Positions 28,712 through 38,759 of a stretch of 64,000 nucleotides of DNA are shown here, piece by piece. The DNA is from a virus (taxonomy: Duplodnaviria; Caudoviricetes). The stretch lies in IMG/VR virus record IMGVR_UViG_3300025608_000006; one strand, given 5' to 3'. The stretch's first letter is position 1, and every line of letters begins with the position of its first letter. The notes below the pieces were generated by a model, which made no database searches, was not told the origin of the DNA, and worked only from the letters and a program-made list of their open reading frames with translations. A program made the position numbers and the translations under genes.

Positions 28712-31700
28712 GTGGCTGAAGAAGTACAAATTAGTAATGTTGGTGGCGATGGAGTAGCTAGTGAAGTTACTCTACAACGTCTCGTAACTAGTATTGAAGC
28801 AATGGCTAAAAAGTCAGGCATTGACTCAAAAAGCCAAGCTGCAAAATTACAAAAGTTATACAACCAAGAAGTTGATAAATCTAGCAAAGCTACAAAAGAT
28901 CAAACAGCAGAAACACAAAAACAGACTACTGCAACCAAAGATGCAACTCAAGAAACAAATAAGCTTGCCCGCAGTCTTGGAGCAGCAGCAGGCAAAGGTC
29001 TAGGTGCGCTATTCCAGTCTACTGTTGGGTTAACTAAAGCATTTTACAATAATAATACAAGTGTTGAAGCGTTTGCTTCACAATTGCCAGTATTTGGCAA
29101 AACTTTAGGATTCTTAGGCGGTATAGCCGATGAGTCGATTGATGCATTTAGAGGTCTGTCAGCAAGCGGTGCATCGTTTGGTGGCTCGATAACTAATATG
29201 CGAAATGCAGCAGCAGGAATGCAAATTAGTTTAAGTGAAATGACACAGTTGTTTGCTAGCCAAGCACCTGCACTAGCAGCATTAGGCGGAACAGTTGAGC
29301 AAGGCGCACAACGCTTTGCCAAAATGAACAAAAACATTAAAGCTACAGGCGACTTTGACAGTCTTATGCGTATGGGCTTTGCTGTTGAAGATATTAACGA
29401 AGGCATGGGAGATTACATTGCACTTCAGGCAAGAATGGGCACACTGCAAGGCAGAAGTACAGCAGAATTAGCAGCTGGCAGTGCAAACTATCTAAAACAA
29501 ATTGACTTACTTGCAAAAGTTACTGGCAAGACAAGAGAAGAAGCTAAGGCTGCACTAGATGCACAAGCTGCTGACTCGGTGGCACGTACATTATTAAATC
29601 AATTTGATCGAAATACAGAAGAAGGGCAGAAAAAGTTTGATAATCTAACCACCAGTTTAGCATTACTAGATGAAGTAGGCGGAAGTACTGCTGAAGCATT
29701 AAAAGGAATGCTTACAGGTAACCCAACTAAAGCAGCTGGTGAATTGTTAGCTGTACTAGGTGATGCAGGCACTCCCGTTTTAGAAGCAATGGAAGCTATC
29801 GGCGATGGCGCAGATCCTCAGGTACTATTAAATGCATTTAGAATGGCCGGCGGAGAATTAGAAAACTTTGCAGGAGCAGATGCAGATAGCCGTGCAAGAA
29901 TAATACAAGAACTTAAAGATCAAGGTAATCCATTAGGTGACTTCTTAGATAACGCTACTGTAATGATGGATCTATCAGAACGTGATCTAGGTGCTGCTGC
30001 AAGATCACAGGCTGCTGCTGCCGAGGCAAGAGATGCAGCAACTGATGCGATGTTAACTTTTGAAAATCAACAAAGAGAACTAAGTGGAAAAATGCACGAA
30101 ATATTCATTCAATCGGGTGTATTGGATGCAATTGGCGCAGGATTAACTGTATTTGGCGATATTCTTTCTGGAATAACTGGCTACCTAACAACTTTCTCAG
30201 AAAATGTTGCAACCGGCGGCTGGTTCTCTGCAATTACTACTGTTCTAATGGATGGGCTTGGTGCTCTTTGGGATAATGCCGGAGTTGTTGGTGCATTAGT
30301 TGCAGGTATTGGCGTATTGTTTGCAAGTAAAGCAGCAGCTGGCGCACTTACTAGAAGCATCGGTTCGAAAATTAGCGGCATGTTTGGCGGCGGCGAATCC
30401 GCCGGCGGGAAAACTGGCGGCGGCAAAACTGGCGGCGGCCTCGGAAAAGGAATAGGTAATATAGGTAAAGGTCTTGGCAAAGGACTGGGCGGAGTACTAA
30501 AAGGTATTGCTAGTGGACTTATTTTCTTTGCAAATCCATTAGTTCCATTAGGAGCAGCAGCAGTAGGAGCAGCAATAACAGCAATCGGCGCAGGTATAGC
30601 CGGTGCAACATGGTTAATAGGTAACTCATTGCCTTCTTTGAAAGACGGATTAAAAGGCTTTGAAGAATTAAACGGGGATGCATTAATATCTGCTGGTAAG
30701 GGCATGGGCGCTGTTGCACTAGGCATGGGAGCATTTGGTGCAGGGTCAGCAGTTGCAGGTCTAGGATCATTAGTAGGAAGCGTTACATCGGGCATTGCAG
30801 GATTGTTTGGCGGCGAAACAGATCCACTGGCACAACTTGAAAAATTCCAAGAAAAGTCATTTGACGAAGCTACGATTACAGCTAATGCTAATTCAATAGT
30901 TGCATATAGTAAAGCAATGGCTGCATTAGGAGCAGCAGAAGGATTATCAGGCATTGGAGCAGCAGTTGGAGCAGTAGGCGGAGCAATAGCAGGATTGTTT
31001 GGCGGTGATGATCCGTTAACAAAAATGAAGCAATTCGAAGCGTACACGTTTGATTCAGCAAAAATTAAATCTAATGCTGAAGCAGTAAGTGCATATGCAA
31101 GTGCAATGAAAGATTTTCCGACTAGCCCAGCTCCAAGTATTTTTGGTTCGTTTGCAACTGGTGTAGCAACGCTGTTTGGAGCAGAAACAGATCCGTTTGC
31201 TCCAATGATGAGATTTGGAGATCTAACATTTAATACTGCTGGTATTATTGCAAACGCAGGAGCAGTTGCAGCATATGCAACAGCAATGAAAGATTTTCCT
31301 GCAACTCCTAGTGCTAGTGTGTTTACTGCATTAAAAGATGGCGTCATTGGATTACTGGGAGGCGAAACAGATCCGTTTGCTCCGATGATGAGATTTGGAA
31401 ACTTAAAATTTAATTCAGAAGGCATTGCTACTAATGCAGGAGCAGTAAGTGCATTTGCAGACGCAATGGCTAATATGCCAACTATAGATGCTGAACGTTC
31501 AGGTGGCGTACTAGGTGCAATTGCAGGATGGTTTGCTGGTGACGAAGTAATGCCGTGGGATTCTGTAAAAGCATTTGGCGATGCTAATATAAGTGCAGAA
31601 GGTGTAACAGCTAATGCTGCGGCAATTAATGCTATGACATCATCTTTAAATGGTTTTAGTGTAGAAAAACTTGACACAACTGGAATTGTAAGCTATACTA

Positions 31701-31987
31701 GTGCTATGGAAAGATTGGTAGAAGTTCTCGGCGAGTTGAACGATGAACTTGCAGCAGACAATAAAGCAGGCCTCGGCACAGGTACTAATGCAGGTGATGT
31801 AGTTAGCAAAATGGATACAATCGGCTCTGGAGGCGGAGCAGGCAGTGATCAGTTAAATAACATTATGAATCAAGTATTACTAGTGCTAAACGAAATGCGA
31901 GATTTGGATATTGATGTTGAACGAAATACAAGAAACATAATCGGAAGTAATCTTGCACAAGGCGGCGTAAGCAATGTCGCAAGATGA
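28712..31987 (+). CDS. Tape-measure-like protein
   Basis: 1091 aa; GTG start; Ala/Gly-rich helical composition with hydrophobic stretches and ~60-aa repeats (FGxETDPFAPMMRFG at a 180-bp period, 31184 and 31364); adjacent to the chaperone gene. Confidence 0.7.
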   Translation: MAEEVQISNVGGDGVASEVTLQRLVTSIEAMAKKSGIDSKSQAAKLQKLYNQEVDKSSKATKDQTAETQKQTTATKDATQETNKLARSLGAAAGKGLGALFQSTVGLTKAFYNNNTSVEAFASQLPVFGKTLGFLGGIADESIDAFRGLSASGASFGGSITNMRNAAAGMQISLSEMTQLFASQAPALAALGGTVEQGAQRFAKMNKNIKATGDFDSLMRMGFAVEDINEGMGDYIALQARMGTLQGRSTAELAAGSANYLKQIDLLAKVTGKTREEAKAALDAQAADSVARTLLNQFDRNTEEGQKKFDNLTTSLALLDEVGGSTAEALKGMLTGNPTKAAGELLAVLGDAGTPVLEAMEAIGDGADPQVLLNAFRMAGGELENFAGADADSRARIIQELKDQGNPLGDFLDNATVMMDLSERDLGAAARSQAAAAEARDAATDAMLTFENQQRELSGKMHEIFIQSGVLDAIGAGLTVFGDILSGITGYLTTFSENVATGGWFSAITTVLMDGLGALWDNAGVVGALVAGIGVLFASKAAAGALTRSIGSKISGMFGGGESAGGKTGGGKTGGGLGKGIGNIGKGLGKGLGGVLKGIASGLIFFANPLVPLGAAAVGAAITAIGAGIAGATWLIGNSLPSLKDGLKGFEELNGDALISAGKGMGAVALGMGAFGAGSAVAGLGSLVGSVTSGIAGLFGGETDPLAQLEKFQEKSFDEATITANANSIVAYSKAMAALGAAEGLSGIGAAVGAVGGAIAGLFGGDDPLTKMKQFEAYTFDSAKIKSNAEAVSAYASAMKDFPTSPAPSIFGSFATGVATLFGAETDPFAPMMRFGDLTFNTAGIIANAGAVAAYATAMKDFPATPSASVFTALKDGVIGLLGGETDPFAPMMRFGNLKFNSEGIATNAGAVSAFADAMANMPTIDAERSGGVLGAIAGWFAGDEVMPWDSVKAFGDANISAEGVTANAAAINAMTSSLNGFSVEKLDTTGIVSYTSAMERLVEVLGELNDELAADNKAGLGTGTNAGDVVSKMDTIGSGGGAGSDQLNNIMNQVLLVLNEMRDLDIDVERNTRNIIGSNLAQGGVSNVAR

Positions 31988-31996
31988 GGAAAATAA

Positions 31997-33763
31997 ATGA
32001 GCTGGAAAAAATATTTTACTCCTGTGCCAACAGGTGATAACCAAAACGGAAGCTATAGCCCGTTAACGAGCAGAGGCAATGGAAACATGGCAGGTCCTGC
32101 TCGATCTAACTATAGTTCATATCTTCCTGATGTATATGTAGGTTCGCCAAATCGTGTTGAACGTTATGGTCAGTACAACACAATGGATCAAGATTCGGAA
32201 GTTAATGCTGCGCTTGATATTCTTGCTGAATTTTGCACACAAAAGAACAAGCAAAACAATACTCCGTTCCTTGTAGACTACAGAGGCAAATCACCAACTA
32301 ATAGCGAAGTTACTATTATTGGACAGTACTTGCAACAGTGGTGCAAACTACTGCAATTTGAAACAAAGATTTTTAGAATACTACGCAATGTATTCAAAAT
32401 GGGCGACCAATTTTTTCTACGTGATCCAGAAACTAAACGTTGGTTTCATGTCGATCCTGCAAACGTAACACGTATCATTGTAAATGAATCTGAAGGCAAA
32501 GTTCCTGAGCAGTATGTAATTAAAAATATAAACTTTAATTTTAAAGACGGCATTGCAACAACACCGTATGTAAACAACGGCAACATGAGCCCTGCAGGAG
32601 GCGGACAATATAATAGTTCAAGTACTGTAGGCGGCGGCGGCGCAAAGGGAATGGTCGGCCCGCAATCAAGTATGAGTGGAAGTCGCTTTACAACCGACGA
32701 CAGTGAATTTACTGTTGACGCAGAACATGTTGTGCATTTAAGTTTAAGTGAAGGCTTAGACAACAACTATCCATTTGGTAATAGTCTACTAGAAACTATT
32801 TTTAAAGTATACAAACAAAAAGAATTACTCGAAGATGCTATTATTATCTATCGTGTACAACGTGCGCCTGAGCGCAGAGTATTCTACGTTGATGTGGGCA
32901 ACATGCCTTCACACCTTGCAATGCAATTTGTTGAGCGTGTTAAAACTGAAATACATCAAAGACGTATCCCATCGGCGACAGGTGGAGGTCAAAATGTCAT
33001 AGACAGTTCTTACAATCCCCTGTCAATCAACGAAGACTACTTCTTCCCGCAAACAGCAGAAGGTCGCGGCAGTAAAGTTGAAACACTTCCGGGCGGTACT
33101 AACCTTGGAGAGATTGATGACTTACGATACTTTACTAATAAGCTGGTACGCGGATTACGTATCCCAAGTTCGTACTTACCAACTGGAGCAGATGATTCAG
33201 CTTCACAATACAATGATGGCAGAGTGGGAACAGCTTATATCCAAGAGCTACGCTTCAATACCTATTGTGAACGTTTGCAAAACTTAATTGTTGAAGAATT
33301 TGATACAGAGTTTAAACGTTACTTGTTAGATAAAGGTGTAAACATTGATACTGCAATGTTTGATCTCAAGTTCCAACCACCACAAAACTTTGCAAGCTAT
33401 AGACAAGCTGAAATTGATAACGCTCGTGTACCAACATATACACAAATGAGTGCTATACCTTATATTTCAAATCGTTTTGCAATGCAACGTTTCTTAGGAT
33501 TGAGTGAAGAAGAACTTGCAGAGAATGAACGTCTATGGCGTGAAGAGAATGAAGAAAACTTAGATCCAATTCCAGGAGACGCAAACGCAGAAATGCGAGA
33601 CGCAGGTATTAGCAGTGCAGGAATTGCTGACGATTTAGGTGGAATCGAAGACGAAGCACCAGATGCAGCCGGCGGAGAAGATGCAGGCGATGGCACAGCA
33701 CCAGACACAGTTACAGGTCAAGAGCTAGGCGCTCCGGCACCAGGAACTGAGCAAACGATATAA
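31997..33763 (+). CDS. gp20: Portal vertex protein
   Basis: LEDAIIIYRVQRAPERRVFYVDVGNMP and EDYFFP...GRGSKVETLPGGTNLGEIDD are gp20 signatures. Confidence 0.95.
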   Translation: MSWKKYFTPVPTGDNQNGSYSPLTSRGNGNMAGPARSNYSSYLPDVYVGSPNRVERYGQYNTMDQDSEVNAALDILAEFCTQKNKQNNTPFLVDYRGKSPTNSEVTIIGQYLQQWCKLLQFETKIFRILRNVFKMGDQFFLRDPETKRWFHVDPANVTRIIVNESEGKVPEQYVIKNINFNFKDGIATTPYVNNGNMSPAGGGQYNSSSTVGGGGAKGMVGPQSSMSGSRFTTDDSEFTVDAEHVVHLSLSEGLDNNYPFGNSLLETIFKVYKQKELLEDAIIIYRVQRAPERRVFYVDVGNMPSHLAMQFVERVKTEIHQRRIPSATGGGQNVIDSSYNPLSINEDYFFPQTAEGRGSKVETLPGGTNLGEIDDLRYFTNKLVRGLRIPSSYLPTGADDSASQYNDGRVGTAYIQELRFNTYCERLQNLIVEEFDTEFKRYLLDKGVNIDTAMFDLKFQPPQNFASYRQAEIDNARVPTYTQMSAIPYISNRFAMQRFLGLSEEELAENERLWREENEENLDPIPGDANAEMRDAGISSAGIADDLGGIEDEAPDAAGGEDAGDGTAPDTVTGQELGAPAPGTEQTI

Positions 33764-33766
33764 ATA
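33759..33766 (+). promoter_or_regulatory. T4 late promoter consensus TATAAATA, 4 nt before ATG 33771
   Basis: TATAAATA-CAAT-ATG; no SD. Confidence 0.7.
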
Positions 33767-33770
33767 CAAT

Positions 33771-34019
33771 ATGATACTTAGAGAATTATTTTATCACGAT
33801 CCAGAAACTGTTGACTCTGTAGAAGATAAACGCTACGAGGCAGACTATGATGACTCGCCTATGAAAAAAGACGATACTCGTAAAACACGACTTACTCTAA
33901 GTCAAATCAATCGAATCCGCAAAGCATCTGAGCTACATACAGAAGAAAAGCGTAAAGAACAAGAGTTCGTAAAGCAAATGTATGGTATAGCAGCAAACGC
34001 AGAAACAGGCGGAGTTTAA
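33771..34019 (+). CDS. Small prohead core-like protein (gp67/gp68 position)
   Basis: 82 aa, charged, begins MILRE (L-x-E), immediately after the portal gene. Confidence 0.55.
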   Translation: MILRELFYHDPETVDSVEDKRYEADYDDSPMKKDDTRKTRLTLSQINRIRKASELHTEEKRKEQEFVKQMYGIAANAETGGV

Positions 34020-34022
34020 TTA

Positions 34023-34610
34023 TTGAAAAAAACAGTATTTGTGCTGGGCAACGGCACTAGTCGAAAATCTGTCGACTTAAATCAACTTAAAGACAAAGGA
34101 ACTATATACGGTTGTAATGCACTGTATAGAGAATTTGAACCTGATCATCTAGTTGCAGTTGACACTAAAATGATTTTAGAGATTAATAAAGCTGGGTATC
34201 AGCACAATCATAGTGTATGGACTAATCCTAATCGGGCATACCATAATATGAATGGATTTAATATTTTTAATCCATCTAAAGGATGGAGCAGTGGGCCTAC
34301 TGCTCTATGGCTTGCTAGTACACATGATACTACAGATATCTATATATTAGGATTTGACTATCAAGGAATAGATGATAAAATAAACAATGTATATTCAGAT
34401 ACTCCTAATTATAAAAAAAGTAGCGATCGTGCAACATTTCACGGCAATTGGTTGAAGCAAACTATGACTACTTGTCAAAAATTTTCTCAAAAGAGATATA
34501 TAAGAGTAGTACAGGAAGATACTCCTTTTATACCAAAAGAGTTTTCTAAACTAGAAAACTTAACACATATTACAGTCGAAGAATTTAAAAAAATCTTCGA
34601 TATTTTGTAA
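34023..34610 (+). CDS. CstII/Maf(DUF115)-like glycosyltransferase-fold protein
   Basis: TTG start; VLGNGTS...IYGCNALYR and IYILGFDY echo the GNGPS...RCNQFY / IYLxGIDF motifs of GT42 sialyltransferases and Maf-type proteins. Confidence 0.55.
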   Translation: MKKTVFVLGNGTSRKSVDLNQLKDKGTIYGCNALYREFEPDHLVAVDTKMILEINKAGYQHNHSVWTNPNRAYHNMNGFNIFNPSKGWSSGPTALWLASTHDTTDIYILGFDYQGIDDKINNVYSDTPNYKKSSDRATFHGNWLKQTMTTCQKFSQKRYIRVVQEDTPFIPKEFSKLENLTHITVEEFKKIFDIL

Positions 34611-34665
34611 TTTTTATAAAACGGCCCGTTTTGGGCCTATTTCTACGTACTTTTCTATTAATAAA

Positions 34666-34672
34666 GTAAATA
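34666..34672 (+). promoter_or_regulatory. Late-promoter-like box GTAAATA heading the scaffold/protease/capsid operon
   Basis: Intergenic; follows the GGCCC/GGGCC hairpin at 34623-34637. Confidence 0.6.
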
Positions 34673-34736
34673 TATTATGACAGCCCCGTACAGGAGTTAT
34701 CTTCTGTGCACCAAAAAACATTTATAGGAGTTTAAA

Positions 34737-35738
34737 ATGGCAGATCTAAATAAATTTGAACAGATGCTAGAGCTACTTGTTAACGAAAACAAGGAAGCAG
34801 CACAAGAATTATTCCACGAGATTGTGGTTGAAAAATCACGTGATATCTATGAGTCGCTACTAGAAGACGAAGCAGATGTTGACGAAGCAACAGACGAAGA
34901 AGTTGATGAAGCAGCAGACGAAGAAGTAGATGAATCAGACGAAGACCTAGACGAAGACGATTCAGAAGAAGTTGAAGAAAACTTTGACATGGATTCATTT
35001 GAAGTTGAAGCTGATGACGACATGGGCCCAATGGATGACACAGGCGATTTAGCTAACGACTTAGGCATGGACATGGACGGTGAAGAAGGCGACGAAGACG
35101 AAGGCGAAGAAGGCGATGTTGAAGATCGTGTAGAAGACCTTGAAGATGCGCTAGACGACCTAAAAGCAGAATTTGAAAAAATGATGGCTGGTGATGACGA
35201 AGGCGACGACATGGATGACATGGACGACGACGAAGGTGAAGAAGAGCCAGAAGAAGCATTTGCATTTGAAGCAACAGACGAAGAAGTTGAAGAATCAGCT
35301 GACGAAGAAGTTGAAGAAGGCGCACATAAAAGAGAAGTAACAGCTGACATGGAAAAAATGTCAAAAGCAGAATTTGCTAAAAAGCATGGCAAAGAAATGG
35401 CTGACGACATGTATGAAGCTGAAAAAAGCGCAGGCGAAACAATGCGTGAGTATGTAGAAAAAGTATCAGCAACAATGGGTGACAATGGCGCTAATACTAA
35501 AAGTGCAGTAGCAGGTCCAAACGATATGGGCGGAACGGCTGCAAACTTAGCACAAGGTGCAGACGAAAAAGGTGGATCAGCAGATTCAGCTAAAGAAGAC
35601 AATGCAGGTAACGTAAACGTACCAGGCGCAAAAGCTTCTAAGTCAATGACACCAAATGCTAAAGGCCACGGCGCTGAGAAAAAACAGAGCGGCGGCGAAA
35701 CTGGCACAAATGGTACAAAAAGTATTATTGGCCAATAA
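34737..35738 (+). CDS. Highly acidic prohead core/scaffold protein
   Basis: 333 aa; very Asp/Glu-rich central region; directly upstream of gp21; SD AGGAG. Confidence 0.75.
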   Translation: MADLNKFEQMLELLVNENKEAAQELFHEIVVEKSRDIYESLLEDEADVDEATDEEVDEAADEEVDESDEDLDEDDSEEVEENFDMDSFEVEADDDMGPMDDTGDLANDLGMDMDGEEGDEDEGEEGDVEDRVEDLEDALDDLKAEFEKMMAGDDEGDDMDDMDDDEGEEEPEEAFAFEATDEEVEESADEEVEEGAHKREVTADMEKMSKAEFAKKHGKEMADDMYEAEKSAGETMREYVEKVSATMGDNGANTKSAVAGPNDMGGTAANLAQGADEKGGSADSAKEDNAGNVNVPGAKASKSMTPNAKGHGAEKKQSGGETGTNGTKSIIGQ

Positions 35739-35755
35739 GTAGTAAGGAAATCTAG

Positions 35756-36379
35756 ATGAGAAACTTACAAGAGCATTTGACATTTGACCAAGCTAATATA
35801 GTGCTTGAGAATGCCAACGAAGGAAAAGACCTTTATCTAAAAGGTATTATGATCCAAGGCGGTGTTCGCAATGCTAATCAGCGAGTGTATCCTGTAAATG
35901 AAATAGGCAGGGCTGTCAAAACTCTCAATGATCAGATTACGAACGGGTTTAGTGTTCTCGGCGAAGTTGATCATCCAGAAGGACTTAATATTAATATTGA
36001 CCGTGTAAGCCATATGATAACTGAATGTTGGATGGATGGTGACAACGGTTACGGAAAGTTGAAAATTTTACCAACACCGATGGGGAACCTAGTTAAAACG
36101 ATGCTTGAAGCAGGCGTTAAACTAGGTGTCTCGTCACGTGGTAGTGGTAATGTAGCAGATGACGGCAGTAATACCGTTTCTGACTTTGAAATAATCACTG
36201 TGGACGTTGTGGCTCAGCCTAGCGCCCCTGGTGCATATCCTACACCAATTTATGAACATTTGATGAATGCACGTGGGGGAATGAAGGCATACGAATTAGC
36301 ACAGGCAACAAAACACGACGACAAGGCACAAAAGTATCTTAAGGAATCACTAATCAGTATGATTAGTAAACTCCAATGA
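35756..36379 (+). CDS. gp21: Prohead protease
   Basis: NANQRVYP, GEVDHP (catalytic His), GVSSRGSG (catalytic Ser). Confidence 0.95.
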   Translation: MRNLQEHLTFDQANIVLENANEGKDLYLKGIMIQGGVRNANQRVYPVNEIGRAVKTLNDQITNGFSVLGEVDHPEGLNINIDRVSHMITECWMDGDNGYGKLKILPTPMGNLVKTMLEAGVKLGVSSRGSGNVADDGSNTVSDFEIITVDVVAQPSAPGAYPTPIYEHLMNARGGMKAYELAQATKHDDKAQKYLKESLISMISKLQ

Positions 36380-36393
36380 AACAGGAGAATGTA

Positions 36394-37485
36394 ATGATAG
36401 ATGCACTAAAAACTCTATTTGAAAACGACGTTGTTTCAACTGAGATTAGAGAACAAATTGAAGAAGCTTGGGAAGCAAAAGTTCAAGAAAACAAAATGCA
36501 GGCAACTGCTGAGTTACGCGAAGAATTTGCTGAAAAGTATGAGCACGATAAGTCAACTATGGTTGAAGCTATTGACTCACTACTATCTGAGCGTCTTGCT
36601 GAAGAGATCGCAGAGTTTGCAGAAGACCGCAAGCAACTAGCAGAAGCAAAAGCAAAATATGCTGTTGCCCAACGTGAAAATGCAGATCTACTAAAGGGTT
36701 TCGTTGCTGAAAACTTAGCAGCTGAAATTAAAGAATTGAGAGCAGACAAGAAAGCAATGGCTGAATCATATGCCAAGCTAGAAGAGTTTGTTGTTGAGTC
36801 TCTAGCAGGTGAAATTGCAGAATTCAATGAAGACAAAAAAGATTTAGCAGAAACTAAAGTAAAATTAGTTCGTGAAGCTAAAACACACTTCGCAAAAGTC
36901 AAAGCTGACTTTATCGAAAGAAGTGCTACAGCAGTATCTGAAATGGTTGGTAAATCACTTAAAGGTGAAATTACTGCACTTAAAGAAGATATTGACACAG
37001 CACGTAGAAACGACTTTGGTCGTAAAATATTTGAAGCATTTGCAAACGAGTATACAACTTCACACTTGAATGAAAATTCAGAAGTTTCAAAACTCATGGG
37101 CGTACTAGCTGCTAAAGACAAGCAACTAGCAGAAGCTAAGGCATTTGCTACAAAAGCAAAAACTCTTGCAGAATCAGTAAACAAAGAGAAATCACGTTTA
37201 GTTGAATCAGCACGTAGAGAAAAGATTATGAACTCGTTGATTTCGCCACTAGGCAAAGACCAGCGTGAGATTATGACAGACTTACTGGAATCCGTACAGA
37301 CAGATAGACTACAAAAGTCTTTCGACAAGTACTTACCATCGGTTATCGACGGAAATACTCCAGCAAAGCGCAAGGCACCACTAACTGAAGGCAAAGAAGT
37401 AACAGGCAACCGTACGGAACCAATGACAACTAAAGCAGACGAATCAAATGTATTAGATATACGTCGTCTTGCTGGATTAAATTAA
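36394..37485 (+). CDS. gp22: Prohead scaffold protein
   Basis: Coiled-coil E/K/A-rich protein between gp21 and gp23; SD AGGAGA favours ATG 36394. Confidence 0.85.
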   Translation: MIDALKTLFENDVVSTEIREQIEEAWEAKVQENKMQATAELREEFAEKYEHDKSTMVEAIDSLLSERLAEEIAEFAEDRKQLAEAKAKYAVAQRENADLLKGFVAENLAAEIKELRADKKAMAESYAKLEEFVVESLAGEIAEFNEDKKDLAETKVKLVREAKTHFAKVKADFIERSATAVSEMVGKSLKGEITALKEDIDTARRNDFGRKIFEAFANEYTTSHLNENSEVSKLMGVLAAKDKQLAEAKAFATKAKTLAESVNKEKSRLVESARREKIMNSLISPLGKDQREIMTDLLESVQTDRLQKSFDKYLPSVIDGNTPAKRKAPLTEGKEVTGNRTEPMTTKADESNVLDIRRLAGLN

Positions 37486-37495
37486 GGAGATAATG

Positions 37496-38674
37496 ATGTC
37501 AGAACTACTAGAATCACGCTGGGTAGACACCAAAACTGCTCTTCTTGAAGGCCTGCAAGGCAACAAGAAGTCTGTAATGGCAGCTACACTAGAAAACACA
37601 CGCAAGTACTTGTCAGAGAGTGCTACAGCAGGCGCAACATCTGCTGGTAACGTAGCAACACTTAACCGTGTTATCCTACCAGTTATCAGACGTGTAATGC
37701 CAACAGTTATTGCTAACGAACTAGTCGGCGTACAGCCAATGACTGGCCCAGTTGGTCAAATTCACACACTACGTGTACGTTACTCGGATACAGTTGCAGC
37801 TAACGGTGACGTTACTGGAACAACAGCAGGCGAAGAAGCTCTAAGCCCATTCAAAATTGCTGAGCAGTATTCAGGTGCAAACACTGGTAAAGCAGACAGT
37901 ACAGCAACACTTGAAGGTGCAGCTGGACGTAAAATGTCAATCCAGATCTTAAAGCAGACAGTTGAAGCTAAGACACGTAAGTTGTCAGCTCGCTGGACGT
38001 TTGAAGCTGCACAAGACGCACAGTCTATGCACGGTATTGACGTTGAAGCAGAAATCATGGCAGCTCTTGCACAAGAGATTACTGCTGAGATTGACCAAGA
38101 AGTTCTTGGTTCGCTTCAAACACTAAGTGGTGCAGCAGCACAAACTTATGACCAAGCAGCAGTATCAGGTACAGCTACTTTTGTCGGTGACGAGCATGCA
38201 GCACTTGCAGTTCAAATCAACCGCGTAAGTAACTTGATCGCACAGCGTACACGTCGTGGCGCAGGTAACTGGGCAGTTGTATCGCCATTCGCGCTTACAA
38301 TTCTACAGTCTGCAACTACTTCAGCGTTCGCTCGTACAACAGAAGGTACATTCGAAGCACCAACTAACACTAAAATGGTTGGTACATTGAACAACGCAAT
38401 GAAAGTATATGTAAACACATATGCTGCTGATAGTGCACCAGTACTAATCGGCTACAAAGGTTCAAGTGAATCAGATGCAGCGGCATTCTACTGCCCATAC
38501 ATCCCACTAATGAGCTCAGGCGTTGTACTAGATCCAGGTACATTTGAACCAACAGTATCGTTCATGACACGTTATGGATATGTTGAGTTGAATAACACTG
38601 CATCGTCACTAGGCAATGCAGCTGATTACCTAGGCAATGTTGCTATTACTAATGGCAATGTAAGCTTCAGCTAA
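37496..38674 (+). CDS. gp23: Major capsid protein
   Basis: VIRRVMPTVIANELVGVQPMTGPVGQIHTLR, KTRKLSARWTFEAAQD, FYCPYIPL and MTRYG are gp23 signatures; SD spacing favours ATG 37496. Confidence 0.97.
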   Translation: MSELLESRWVDTKTALLEGLQGNKKSVMAATLENTRKYLSESATAGATSAGNVATLNRVILPVIRRVMPTVIANELVGVQPMTGPVGQIHTLRVRYSDTVAANGDVTGTTAGEEALSPFKIAEQYSGANTGKADSTATLEGAAGRKMSIQILKQTVEAKTRKLSARWTFEAAQDAQSMHGIDVEAEIMAALAQEITAEIDQEVLGSLQTLSGAAAQTYDQAAVSGTATFVGDEHAALAVQINRVSNLIAQRTRRGAGNWAVVSPFALTILQSATTSAFARTTEGTFEAPTNTKMVGTLNNAMKVYVNTYAADSAPVLIGYKGSSESDAAAFYCPYIPLMSSGVVLDPGTFEPTVSFMTRYGYVELNNTASSLGNAADYLGNVAITNGNVSFS

Positions 38675-38696
38675 GTTTTACTTTTTAGTAAAAACT

Positions 38697-38723
38697 AAAA
38701 TAGGCGCTACGGCGCCTATTTTT
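38697..38723 (+). terminator. Rho-independent terminator after gp23
   Basis: AAAATAGGCGC-TACG-GCGCCTATTTTT. Confidence 0.9.
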
Positions 38724-38751
38724 ACGACTACATATCTATATCTATACAATT

Positions 38752-38759
38752 GATAAATA
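38752..38759 (+). promoter_or_regulatory. Late-promoter-like box GATAAATA
   Basis: Immediately after the gp23 terminator; followed by a structured leader. Confidence 0.65.

Noticed and set aside
30181-31677. 498-aa antisense ORF
   Set aside because: Shadow of the Ala/Gly-rich tape-measure gene; no SD or promoter; composition mirrors sense-strand codon bias.
34847-37409. Long antisense ORFs 34847-35707 and 36483-37409
   Set aside because: Ser-rich mirror of GAA/GAC-rich acidic scaffold genes; expected by-product of codon usage.
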